From assembly GCA_028534125.1 (NCBI GenBank), contig CM052817.1, positions 70,186,001 to 70,250,000 of the forward strand: a stretch of 64,000 nucleotides of DNA, written 5' to 3'. Both the position numbers and the translations under genes were made by a program. The notes below the pieces were generated by a model. That model did no database searches. It was not told where the DNA came from and was given only the letters and a program-made list of their open reading frames with translations. Positions 50,921-62,500 of this stretch are shown piece by piece. This stretch comes from Lama glama (Eukaryota). Position 1 is the first letter of the stretch, and each line of letters begins with the position of its first letter.

Positions 50921-52239
50921 AGAAATGATGATTGACTTACATAGTTGAAAGAAGCTCTGCATCGACTGTGTATCTTTCAGTATCTATGGGGCCCTTCTCT
51001 GTATTGGGAGAAGAGAAAGGAAAATATTCTGACTTAATGCAGAGTCTGCAATAAGTAAATCACATATTTAACACTTAGCATTTGCCATGTGAGCCTTGTG
51101 ACCATACTGTACAGCTTTGCAACTAATGTAGTGTAATATGATTAATGTGAGTGAATAGCTAACTGGGTAATGCATACATTGTTACTGATGCTTAGTTTAA
51201 TCTAGAAGTCCTATAGAGAATTTTACCATAGGCCAGTTTTGTTAATCAACAAACCCATCGTAAGATTCTGGCCAAAAGAGCAAGTGCTCCGGAACAGCCG
51301 GTTGCTGTAATCTGCCCAGTTCATGGCTCTGTCTGAGGGGTCCAAGGCTACCTCGCTGCGAGGCAGGCAGAGGGAAGATGCAGGGGCGTGGTGGGGTCTG
51401 CGCCACAGCCAGCCTGCTTCTTATCTGTGAGATCACCAAGTGGGAAAGCATTGTGGATGGATTTAAATCAGCTTTTTTCTCTCTCCCCCCTCCCTCGCAC
51501 ACAACAAAAGTCTAAATCCCTTTTTCAGGCCAGATTGCCCCATTTCCCTGCGTGGGCCAGGCAGATTGGAAACATGTTTGTCATTCAGCTTTTCTCCAGG
51601 CTAATCAGGAGACACTGGGGTGGTGGGATTTCTGCCTTTCATCTATGGAGCCTGCTTCTAAAAGCAGCCACACAGAGGCCGCTGGGCCCACTAGAGAGCT
51701 GGGCTGCCTGTCATCTCTGCAGACAGATATAAAAATAATGTTAACCACGAGCCTAAGCAAAGGGTTTAACAGGGATTTGAATCTAAAATGTGATACTCCA
51801 CATAGACTAACTTGATTTGGTCCAACAGAGCCGAACCCGTTATTCTGTTCTAACAAAGTGTGTCACATAATGGAGGAGATTTTGATGGGATTTGCGACGT
51901 CTCTGTTTCAGGCTTGATGCTGAATAGATCTAAACTGTGAATGAACATTGCTGCCTCCAGAGTTGTCATGAGGAGAGGCCTTGGCTGACCTGACTTCTGA
52001 CTCAAGGTCTTGTTGACAGGACAGCTTTCAAGTTCACAGAGGTGTTGTCCAGAGCATGCAGCAGCAGCCGGGCTAGGCAGGTGTGTAACAGGGGACCGCG
52101 CTGTGCGAAGCCTTGGCCAGTGCAGAGGGTTGCTACACAGTGATTCCCGCGTCTCCTATATTGGGAATTTTAATGAACTTTTGAACCAGAAAATTCTAGA
52201 AAATAACTATTTGTAAAGACAATGGACAGCAGTCATGAG

Positions 52240-52470
52240 GAGGTAGTACAGAGTGGTGGAGAGAGTCCAAGAGGGCCTGGTTTGACTCTTGGCTTCCCCA
52301 CTCACCATGGGACCTTGACCAGATTACACTCTACAACTCGGTTTCCTTATCTATAAAAAGGGGATACTGATAGTTGCTTCTCTCTGGAATTGTTGCAAGG
52401 AATACAGGAGATCGTGCATGTTAAGCACTCAGTCTAGCCCATAATAAGTGCCTGATATACAATATTATTA
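52240..52470 (+). mobile_element. MIR SINE
   Basis: ctcggtttccttatctataaaaagggatactgatag...gcatgttaagcactcag. Confidence 0.75.
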
Positions 52471-52804
52471 GCTGGTGCTTGCAGTTCCATGGCAGTTAAG
52501 GATGGTTTAGGACCTTACTGCCATCACATGCTGCCTCATTCTTAGCTGTTGCTGTTCAGAAAAGCAATGACCAATGTTCCTTGTTGTAAACATAAATGAC
52601 ACAATGACACGCAATGATATTCAGCCATCGAGACCACTTGGGAAAGTCCTATGTTTCAGACGTAAGTAAATCTAGAAGATGATATAATGAACACTCATGG
52701 ATGGACCACAGAGTTTGACAGCTTTAAAATTTTGCCATATTTACTCTTTTATATAAATCATTAGAGATTTGGTTGAGTTACTTGGTACCTTCCTTGAGCC
52801 CTAT

Positions 52805-53050
52805 TTTTTTTTTTTTGACGTATAGTTGACTTAAGGGGTTGTGTTAGTTTCAGGTGTACAGCAAAGTGATTCAGTTATACACACACATATATATATATAT
52901 TCTTTTCAGATTATTTTCCATTATAAGTTACTACAAGATATTGAATATAGTTCCATGTGCTGTACAGTATAAACTTGTTGTTTATCTATTTTATATATAG
53001 TAGTGTGTATCTGCTAATCCCAAACTCCTAATCTAGCCCTCCTTCCCCAG
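52805..53050 (-). mobile_element. 5'-truncated artiodactyl-type L1 3' end, within an older L1ME-like stretch (~52690-53540)
   Basis: gttagtttcaggtgtacagcaaagtgattcagttatac...ctaatcccaaactcctaa plus a T-tail. Confidence 0.9.
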
Positions 53051-54929
53051 AATCCATTCTTCTTCTACCTTCTCATCTCTGCTTTGAGATAACCACTGTC
53101 CTGAATTCGAGCTTCAATTATTACCAGATATGTATTAAAATGTTGTATAGCTACAGCAATAGCTACATCCGCAAGAAATATTTAATTTTGTTTTATACCT
53201 TTGGTTTTTATATAAACGGTTTATTGAACACATAAGTCTACCACTGACTTTTTTCATTTGATATTATGTTATATTTATTCATACTTCTATATTTTAATAA
53301 ATCAAACTGGATAGATTTTTACTGTGGTACAGACTTCCATTCATACTCTTAGTGATAGACATTTAGGCTATTCCCTGTTTTCCCTTCTGAAGCAATTCCA
53401 CAGTGGACGTACCTCTGTGTGTGTTCTCATGTGTGAGTGCTTGTCTAGGGTGTGTATCTTGGAGAATGCTAGGTCCTTTGGGGTGTACAGCCTCATCTTT
53501 ATTAGATACTGTCAAATTGCTTTTAACACCAGCAGAATATGAGGGTTTGAGAGACATTTAAATGGAAGGGAATATATTAAGTAAAGTTTGCTCACCCAAC
53601 TCCCTTTGAGTTTCCAGGAACTGATTTAGGAGATGATGATGCTCCTTTCTTATCAGTAGCTATGGAGGGCAGGTTATTTTTTTCCTCTTTGTGTTAATTA
53701 ACCCCTTTGGACTGTGGTCCTGGTACAGCCCATGGTTGATAACAGAATGTGCCTGGAGAAAACCAGACCCTCAACCTGGGTCAAAAGGTTAGGAAACAAA
53801 TAGTCTCCTGTAGTCCTTAAACACTCTTCCTCCTGAGGCGCCCCACTAAAATGGAGCTCCTGAAAATAAAACCACCAAATGAAAACGGTCTGTTAAAGAA
53901 TTTCAGGTCTAGGGACTGATGCTCCTTTCACAGCAGGGCACACATACAGAAGGGAATGGGGTAGAGCGGGGTGAGTGCACAACACCGGGTCCAGGGCAGG
54001 TTTTTAGCCACAGTCACTGCAGGGCTTATGACTGTGCTGTAGGGGATCCCTTTGACACTTCCCAGAAACCCAAGGGGTAAGTTAAGGTTGAAAAGATGTT
54101 TGCTTGAACTTCTTGAAATAAAATACAGTCCAGAAATGATTTTACATAATTACACTGGTAAGGAAGCAAATGATTTTATTTCGTTCTGTGTAAAGCTAAT
54201 CATGGGAATAGAAGATTTGCAACAAAAAAAGAGAGATGGACCAATTGTTCCCACTTCTTTTGGGAGGGGGCAGATCCCTGTGTAGAGGACAGAATGGTAA
54301 ATGCACGTGTACATGCTACATGCGCACAATTCCAAAGCTAAATAAAGCTCTTTTTGTAGTACTCACTATGTTAAGTCATGAGTGCCATTACTTCCCTTCA
54401 TTATTATGCCTAATTGTAAGTTGACTGTAGTAGGAAATGAACTATAGTTAATTTGACTGTCAACTAGTGACCAAACTGAAGCTGTAACGGGCAGATTGTT
54501 GGCATTAATTAGAGACTTCTGTTTGGCTTTTAGATTCTTATCTATTTGACCTTGTGCCTTCTATAATCTGGCTGGAGGTTTTCTGGGTCAAATGAGGGCT
54601 TCTGAGTCACTGGACTTAGAACTATGCAATAGTTTGCTTTCCCTGCAGAAAGGAGCTAACATCGTGGTGCTAACACTGAGAATTCCCAGCTCCGCCCTCA
54701 GGTTTTCTCAGATGATCCTGAAGAGCGAGGAGACTTCACTTCTTTCTTTCCCTATTACAAAACATCTCTCAGTTTTCACAGGTTCTTGAACACACACTCT
54801 GGGTGCTAAGCTCCTGTTTTTAACCATACACATTAAGTGTGATGCTTAGTGATGTTATGTGCTAGGCTCAGGGCACCTGCGTTATCTTCTTCAATGCTTG
54901 TAACTATTTTATGATTTAGATACTTTTAT

Positions 54930-55280
54930 TGTATAGATACCTCAAAATGTAATGACTCAAACAGGACAGAAATTGATTTATCTCATACATCCAGCAAGTA
55001 CATGCCTCTGTTCCAAAGAGTCCTCGGGGATGGACGAGAGTGGGGTGGTTCCTCAGGATCACTGCAGCTGTTCCCACTTCTAGCGGGAGGAAGAGGAGAG
55101 CTCGAGGCGTGCTCCCCTACTCTCCCTATGTCCTGACCTAGAAGTGACACCTAATTTTGATTCATAGTCCATTGAAGATAATTTAGTCTGGCCACACCTG
55201 GTTACAAGAAAGACAAGGAAATGCAGTCTGGCTCAGCAGTCATGTATCCAGCCGTTTCTCTGCTGTGGGAAAGGGGGAGA
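54930..55280. mobile_element. MLT1-like MaLR LTR remnant splitting a MIR (~54840-54930 and ~55400-55540)
   Basis: caaaatgtaatgactcaaaca...ccattgaagataatttagtctggccacacctggttacaagaaagacaaggaaatgcagtct. The flanking MIR pieces include actagcccagtgtcaca...gggattcaaaccagg. Confidence 0.6.
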
Positions 55281-56254
55281 AGATGTTAGCGCTGGCACTG
55301 GTATCATATTTATAGATGCTTAGGCTTCTTTGAAATCTTAACTAAGCTAAACTTATCAAGTCTCGGGGCAGCTTGCAGTCTCTACCAGTTATCAACCGTA
55401 TTTTACTATTGAGGCAAATAAGATTCAGCGAGTTTAAATAACTAGCCCAGTGTCACATACTGACTAGGTAGAGGCAGTTGGGATTCAAACCAGGCATTTT
55501 GAGGCTCAAAGCTGAGCATTTAAGTATCATCTATACTGACTCTATCCTGACAACTATTGAATAATTCATTCATTGGCAAGTCACTGTCCTTTAAATGGAT
55601 CTCTGTTATGGGGATTCTACTTAGCTCCGCTGGAAGAAAGAAGTAATCAGGACTTTTCCGTGAGGGGAATAGTGGAGGTGAGTCCTACAGTTCCCACTCT
55701 CTGCCTTGAGGAGGCTAAAAGTCTGCAGAGTGATGATCATGTCCTCAGAAGTGAGGTTTCTGTGGTACAGGTAAAACCTCTGGATTTTCGTGGTTATGAG
55801 GATAAGTAACAAAGAAAGGTATTGCTTTAAGTCATCTCTAATTAGGTGTTTTGGTTTAGCACACCCCAGTCAAGGATATTTTGAGCTGAAGCTTAAAAAA
55901 ATGCTACATCTTTAAGTACAACTCACCATTAATGCTTAGATGAAAGGTGTTCTGAGCCTGTGGGACCACTGTCCACCAGCTCAACTATGTAGCCCACAAA
56001 AATGACAGGCAAGTGGTTAATTTTATTCACGTTTCTATTCAGAGGGTTTTGGGAGGGAGGGGTAGCTGAGGTGTCACTGAGAGAGAGAAAAAATTTACGT
56101 GAAAGATCAATGTTATCCTTATTTAATTAAATGAATGCTGTTAATTCTGAGCCACAAAAATGAATGCTAATTTGTGTAACTCAGTACACATGTGACCAAA
56201 ACAGCTAATCACCCTCATTAATTCAAGCAAAGACTGTTCTTCTCAAAATAGCAG

Positions 56255-57805
56255 CGTGAACTCCTGGCAAAGTTCTTAAGCCCTCTGCATCTGTAAAATG
56301 GGGATGCAAATATTTTTTTACTTACAGATTTTGTCGTGAGAAATAGATGAGATAATTCATGTATCAACATTAGCATGTTAAATGGTGAGTGCTGAATAAA
56401 TAATAGGGATTATGACAACGCTCCACATACTTCATTTCAAATGCTGGTTGTGGGTGGGGCTGTGGATAACTAATCTGTAAGATTATGAAAACCTAGTTCT
56501 GTGGAGGGAGCTTGTCCTTGCTTAACAACCTCATTCAAGGTATTAACCAGAACTTTGCTAATGCCAGCTCTCAAAATCTTGTGATGAACTAAAGATTTCA
56601 GTTAAAGTCTTTTTTAATCTTCCCAGGCAAAAATACTCACTCTCCTCTCTGTGATCCCTTTGCTCTTTTGTTCATACTTCTATTCTTGCACTCAGCACAT
56701 TGTGTCACAGATATTTATTTGCTTGTTTGGATTATTTGCAAACTTCACTGGTGATCAGGTGATGTATGAAATCCTCTAGGTCAAGAACTGTATTTCCTGG
56801 CTCCTGGCACGGTGCCCAGCATGAAGCAGGGTCTCCATGAATGTTTCTTTAATGAGTGGCTAAATGGCCTGGTGGAGGTTGCTAGCACTTTAGAAGAGGA
56901 GTCTGGAAATACACTGGGTTGTATTTTTCCTGGTTTGCCGGTAATCAAGCCATTTCACACTCAGTTTCTTCATTTGAGAAATATTCCTTCCAATGTGCTT
57001 CCCTTGCAAAGATGCTGTGATAATTAATGAAACTCCTTGGAAAGGAGCGATGGTCTCTCTCCCTTTGAAGTTTGCTTTTACAAGAAGATCTTTATATACA
57101 AGGCTGTAAAAATTCTGTTCCCTTCCTGCCATTTTCTTCCTCAAACCCAAAGGCCCAGGAGAGATTATCTGCCTATGAAACTTCCATTTGCTAAGTGTCA
57201 GTCTCCCTGGAGTATTACCTGCAGGGTACCAGGCCGTCAATCCAAGCCCGCAGGCCTTCCCTCTTCACAAATCAGCTACTGTGCCTGCAGACTGGAAAAC
57301 TCCCAACTGCTTGAGGCTTGTCAGCAGATGGCCCTGGGGAAGCACTGGAGAGTCCCAGGTGCTCTTGACTGTCCTTTCCAAGGATGTCCACATCTTCACT
57401 GGAGAACCACTCATGAGGGCTTGTCAGGAGCTCCGTTTGAGGTGCTGGACCCTCTGTGAGGGCCTAATAACAGTGCGCACCCTGGCAGGTAGTGAGTTAT
57501 TACATCACAGTAGAGTGCCTTCAGTCAAACAGAAAGAGCGATGTATAGAGTGTATGCAGGTCAAGGGGTAGCTCAGGGACAAGATGAACTGTGGGGATGG
57601 GGTGCCCAAATCAGAGAAGGAGACTGTACCTGGGCCAGGTGTGGGGGACGGAGAGGGTGAAGTAGCTTTGTGAACTTGGACTTAACCTCCTGAGGCCACC
57701 ATTTCCCTCATCTGTAAATTAGGTATAATAATGACTTGGGGTAGGTAAAATAGATAAATAAAATAATTTTGTAAATTAGAAGATGCTTTATGAATATTAT
57801 TACTT
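56255..57805 (+). mobile_element. Scattered MIR (~56255-56420, ~56930-57030, ~57660-57805) and L2 (~56620-56860) fragments
   Basis: catctgtaaaatggggat; ctcagtttcttcatttg; ccctcatctgtaaatt; cctggcacggtgcccagca. Confidence 0.7.
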
Positions 57806-59379
57806 GTATCTTTCAACTGCTTTTCTAAAGGAAAGCAGTGAAGATGTGGCACGTAAGACCCTCAAGGGCTGACGTCAGTGTTGCCAATGTTTTACTCTTC
57901 CCGGCTTTGTCATCAAGAGCCCTCCCTGAGTGAGGACAGGGCAGCCCAGTGGGTGGGGAGCAGTGAGAAGGCTGGGGACTGGGAGCCTGGGGTACGGCCT
58001 TTCCTTCTGGCAGAACCACCCAGGGTAGTTCACAAAGGAATTCTAATGGAAATGCAAAAGGAATAATGCACTAGATTTGGGTGACGTCTAGTGTTCATAA
58101 CCTGATTTGGAAAGTGGCAACATGTTTCTCCACACACTTGGGCATGACCCCATTTGAGTTGAACTTCTGCAAGCTGTTTGATTTCTAAAATCTCTAAGAT
58201 CAAGAATATCACTTGCTGCACTCAGTTACTTCCTAGTCAACTTATCTTCAGAGTTACAAAACGTCTAGCCCCTTGACCCTGACATTTCCTCCAGCCCCTT
58301 TCTGACTTTACCTTTTCCATTATGCAGCAATCACTGTCTTGTCAATAGTCTCAACTCATTTGTCTCCTGTCTTTTCAAAGAACTTGCCCTTCAGCACCTC
58401 GGCCTGGATCTGTCCAACGATCTTCTGCGTGTTGCTAGAGAAAATCATGAGACTGTGAGAGTAGCGTTGCTCCAAATTCAGGGTTTCCAACCTCAGCTGC
58501 TGCCTGACGTTCTTCTGTAACGGGACCATATTTAAAAACATTATTGGATGTATTTTTCCTTCCCAGTAGTTCCTGTTGCCACCCATCGAAGCCGGGGGCG
58601 TCCTTTCCTTCAAGGGGAAGGCAGTAGTAACCCTCCAGGAACAAAGGAGTCAGTGTTCAGCTTCTCCAAAATAGGCTCTTGAAGCTCATTTCAGGGAAAA
58701 TAGATGTGAAAGCCAAGATTTTCATTTGCAAGAGCCAGGCTTTGTTGAGAGAAGAGAGGATTTGGGGTTCCAAGGAAACAAGATGGAGAACTAGAGCATA
58801 GTTGACAGAGATAAGCATGGAGTGGGGAGGATGAATGGTACTCTCTGATGTTTGGTGGTTTCCTGTCACCCCAGAGGACAACATGATGAAGCCACCAAAA
58901 CAAAACAGAAACCTGCCCTGGGCTGGGTGACAAGAGGACCTGATGAGAGGGCAGAGGACAGCAGGGAGTGAGACAGGGGTATGGATGAGGGCTGAGTCGG
59001 GCAGGGGCAGAGGGTGAGGGAGGAAGAATGGAGGAGAGCTCCTGGGGAGATTTGGGAGTCCCGGAGAAGAGAGTTTACGTAAACCTTCTCGACTGGGATT
59101 CTGAAAGAAGGCTGCTCCTGGGACAGTGGTCCTGGTAGCATGGAGTGGCCATGGTCAAGAAAAAAATGCCGTATTTACGTAGAGGGGAGCCCTGGTAATG
59201 TCTGGGTGCCTCAGTTCCCTCCATGTGCATGGAAGAAAACAATGAGGTGCAGAGGGAACTGGAGCCAGGGCGTGAGGGACACTCCTATCCGGATGCTTAT
59301 GTGTCCTTGTGGGGACTCCTCCTCTGCCTGGTTCTCCAGTGCTCAGGTTTTCTCCAGGATTCCTCCCCTGTGGCCCTAC

Positions 59380-59520
59380 ATTCAGCTTGTGTCTCTCATA
59401 GATCATTCTGCAATCTGTGTCTCTGAGTGGAAAGGACAGACCTTGCTTCATAATTTTACCCCCAGAACCTGGCTCATGATTGAAACTCAGAATATGTTAC
59501 TCAATCGAATGAATGAACTT
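59380..59520 (+). mobile_element. L2 3' end
   Basis: cccagaacctggctcatg...aatcgaatgaatgaa tail. Confidence 0.65.
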
Positions 59521-62500
59521 TTGTGGGTCCTGCACTGAATTGAAATTTTGCAGCGTCTTCATCCCTTTCAAATAATACAGTGTCTTATATCTTTGGCTTG
59601 CAGATATATCTTTACAAGATACTTCTGACTGGAAGTATCTCAGTACGTTTGTTGAGACATTATTATCCCATAGAATACTGTTTCATATTTTAGACAATAA
59701 CTAGTGGATTTGCTATTTGGCAGAGAAAACTTAGGAATAAATAATATAATTTTTGGAGTAATTTGATATTAATTAGTGCAAAGCCTTTATCTCTGTGATA
59801 GTAGGTTTCTATCCCTCCCTAAAACTATCCATAGGTTACTTATGGAAATCCCTAGGAGATGCCTTATTTGTGCCCGTGAATCAGGCTGTCAGATATTATC
59901 ACATAATACCTACTCCACTCTCCTCTGCCTTTGGGTCCAAAGTGTCCACGTCTGTTGGCCCTGAAGCCATTTTGAAGCTCACTGCTACGGCCGCTGCCCA
60001 TGATGTGAATGGCAGTGCCCATAACAAAGCCATTTAACTTTCCATCTCTAGGTCATCAGAGTAATGCCAGCTCCTGCACAAAGGCAGAGAGAATGGGTAT
60101 CTCCATGATTGTGGGCCACATTTGATCACTGAGCTCCAAAGCCTATGGCCTCCCAGTTTTGCAAGCTCCCCGTTATCCTCTTTCGTGAAAAAAAGACTTC
60201 GTAGAGAAGATCAGGAATGAATACTACACCATCGCCTTCAAAATCCTCTGGCCAAACCCTCACAGAAACCCCTGTCCCCCTTTTCCAGCCATCAAACACT
60301 AACAGCAACCATGAAGCTCTAATGTCCAATAACAAGAGCAAAAAGATAAGTTGAATGCAGTGGGGAGTGGCGGTGGGAGGAAGAAAGAAGGGTACTACCT
60401 TCATTAGTAGGACTGAGCAGCCAGCCCTCCCAACCCAGATGCTCTGCTTCAGAACGCTTTACAATGATGAAGTTTAGACTCGGTGCAAATTGGAGTTAAT
60501 GCCTTCCTTACTAAACGTGGGGGGAAATGGGAGTCAAAAGAGTGAAGAAGAAAAATAGATTAGGAAACATTCCCTTAAGAGATACCTTTGTTCTGCCCCT
60601 CCACAAGGAATGAACACTGAAAGGACTCCTGGACGCGCTTACTCACTGAAGATCTGCCTTCACAACTTCCCCATCCTGCTGCACCTTGAACCTTGTTGTC
60701 TGTCTTCCTAGAGATTTTCGCCACTGGTTTCACCATTTATCCTCCCATCACAGTCTGCTGTGTCTCTCAGACTTAACCCATCCTACCTGTCTGTTCGGCA
60801 GAGACTTGGCTGTGTCTGCTGAAGTGTCTGCCTCTTCTTTCTGCTCAGAATGGGCCTCCACCAGCAGGGCCTAGACTCCAGGCACCCCAAGCTAGACCCA
60901 GCCCCCAACCAGCCTCCTAATCTTATACTGGGATCCAGTAATTCCCAGTATTGTACTGGGAGTGAGAATAATGTTTTTGGATTATAGTTTTAATTTTGAC
61001 GTTTAAAAGAAAATGGCATTTTGGAAATGGATGGTGATGATGGTTGCACAACATGGAACTGTACACTTAGAAGTGGTTAAAATGGTTTTTAAAATGACCA
61101 ATGATTAAAATGAGTTAATTCTTTCAAATTCAGGATGTTTAAAATGAAAATTATAAACATTTACATAATTTTAAAGATTTTTTTTGTAACTGCAAAGGAA
61201 TAAGAAAAGAGAAATAGGTATTTGTAAAATCCTTCCAAATTATTAAATGAATTGGGTCAAATGTACATTAAGTCCTTTTGCAGTATGCACTTGGATTTGC
61301 ATAGACAACTTCTATTTTTATCTTCATGAATTTAATTAATTTTTCCTTGGTGGAGTCCTAGTGCCTGTCAAGAGAGAAAAGTTGTAGAAACAAAACAAGG
61401 CTTTGTGCATCCTTCACAAGGGCTGATTTGTTTTTGAAAGAATTTCAAGGAAGTAAGGGATCTTAAAACTGGGTTTTATACAGTGTTTGGTTAAGCTTTC
61501 TCCTATCACTGAGGTCCCACTTTCAGCAAATGCATACGTAATTCTTATTAATATTGATGAATCTATGAGCAAGGGAGAATTGCAGATCATTTAGAAAAAT
61601 CACAGGCTCCATATGATTCTCGGCTTATTCAAAGGCCTTGTTTCCAGTGGCCAAATACAAATTCTTCATTTACCACAAACCCCAAAATGTGGGAAGAAGA
61701 TAGCTGAGTCAACAGGAAATAAAGGAGACAACTCTCAAACTCTGTGCAGGGAATTAAAATACTGCCGTTCCCACATACAGACATAGACAAGCCCTTGCTT
61801 TTAGGAGCTGGAGCCCGTCCGGCTCTGACCAGCTTGGGCAGCACGCAGGGACATGGCGGGGTCGCTATAGAAGAAGTTTATTTTCAGCGACTAAAGAGTA
61901 TAAAATATTACTCTAGCATACTATTCGCACCAGCCTCTTCGAAATGAAAACAACACTGGTGTGTAGTTTTGGTTTTTCGTCCATATGAATTCCCGCCGAA
62001 GAAATCATAATCTCACCTCCCAATCAAGCAGATGACCCCATGCTGAAGCTCTGTCTGAGGCGCAGCAGGCCCTTAAACGGCCGCTCCCTTGTCGTTCTCA
62101 GGCCTCTGGGAGGGGTTACAGGATGATTATTCGTTACAGATTCAGACACCAAACCACAGAGGTTAAGTGATTTGCCTGAAGGTCAGCAAAATCTGCTTCT
62201 CCCGGGGCAGAGCAGAGCTGTTAGAATTTTTCCAGAGTCCCACACTAACGCGCGTGTTGTGCCGGGGCCTCTTCCTACGGAGGATTCAGTTCCCAGTCTT
62301 GAGAGTTCAGTGCCATCGCTGCTCCAATAAGGCGCTTTCCTGAGTCAGACTCTTCTTTTGCTGAGATCTTGCTTGACTGCATTTCAGACAGTTTTACACA
62401 GTGGCAAAGACTGCCTGCCTCCCCACCGCGCCTCACTGGGTGTGCCTAGCATTCACCCTTCATTTCCTTCTTTAGCTTAATTTTTAAAACTTCTGCAGCC

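Noticed and set aside
59604..59642. Possible micro-exon containing a 9-bp hairpin (agatacttc/gaagtatct)
   Set aside because: Weak donor context, and a 9-bp stem is within chance expectation; no other support.
60185..60305. Protein-like phrase DFVEKIRNEYYTIAFKILWP on the + strand
   Set aside because: Short, lacks a start or clear splice sites, and no family was recognised.
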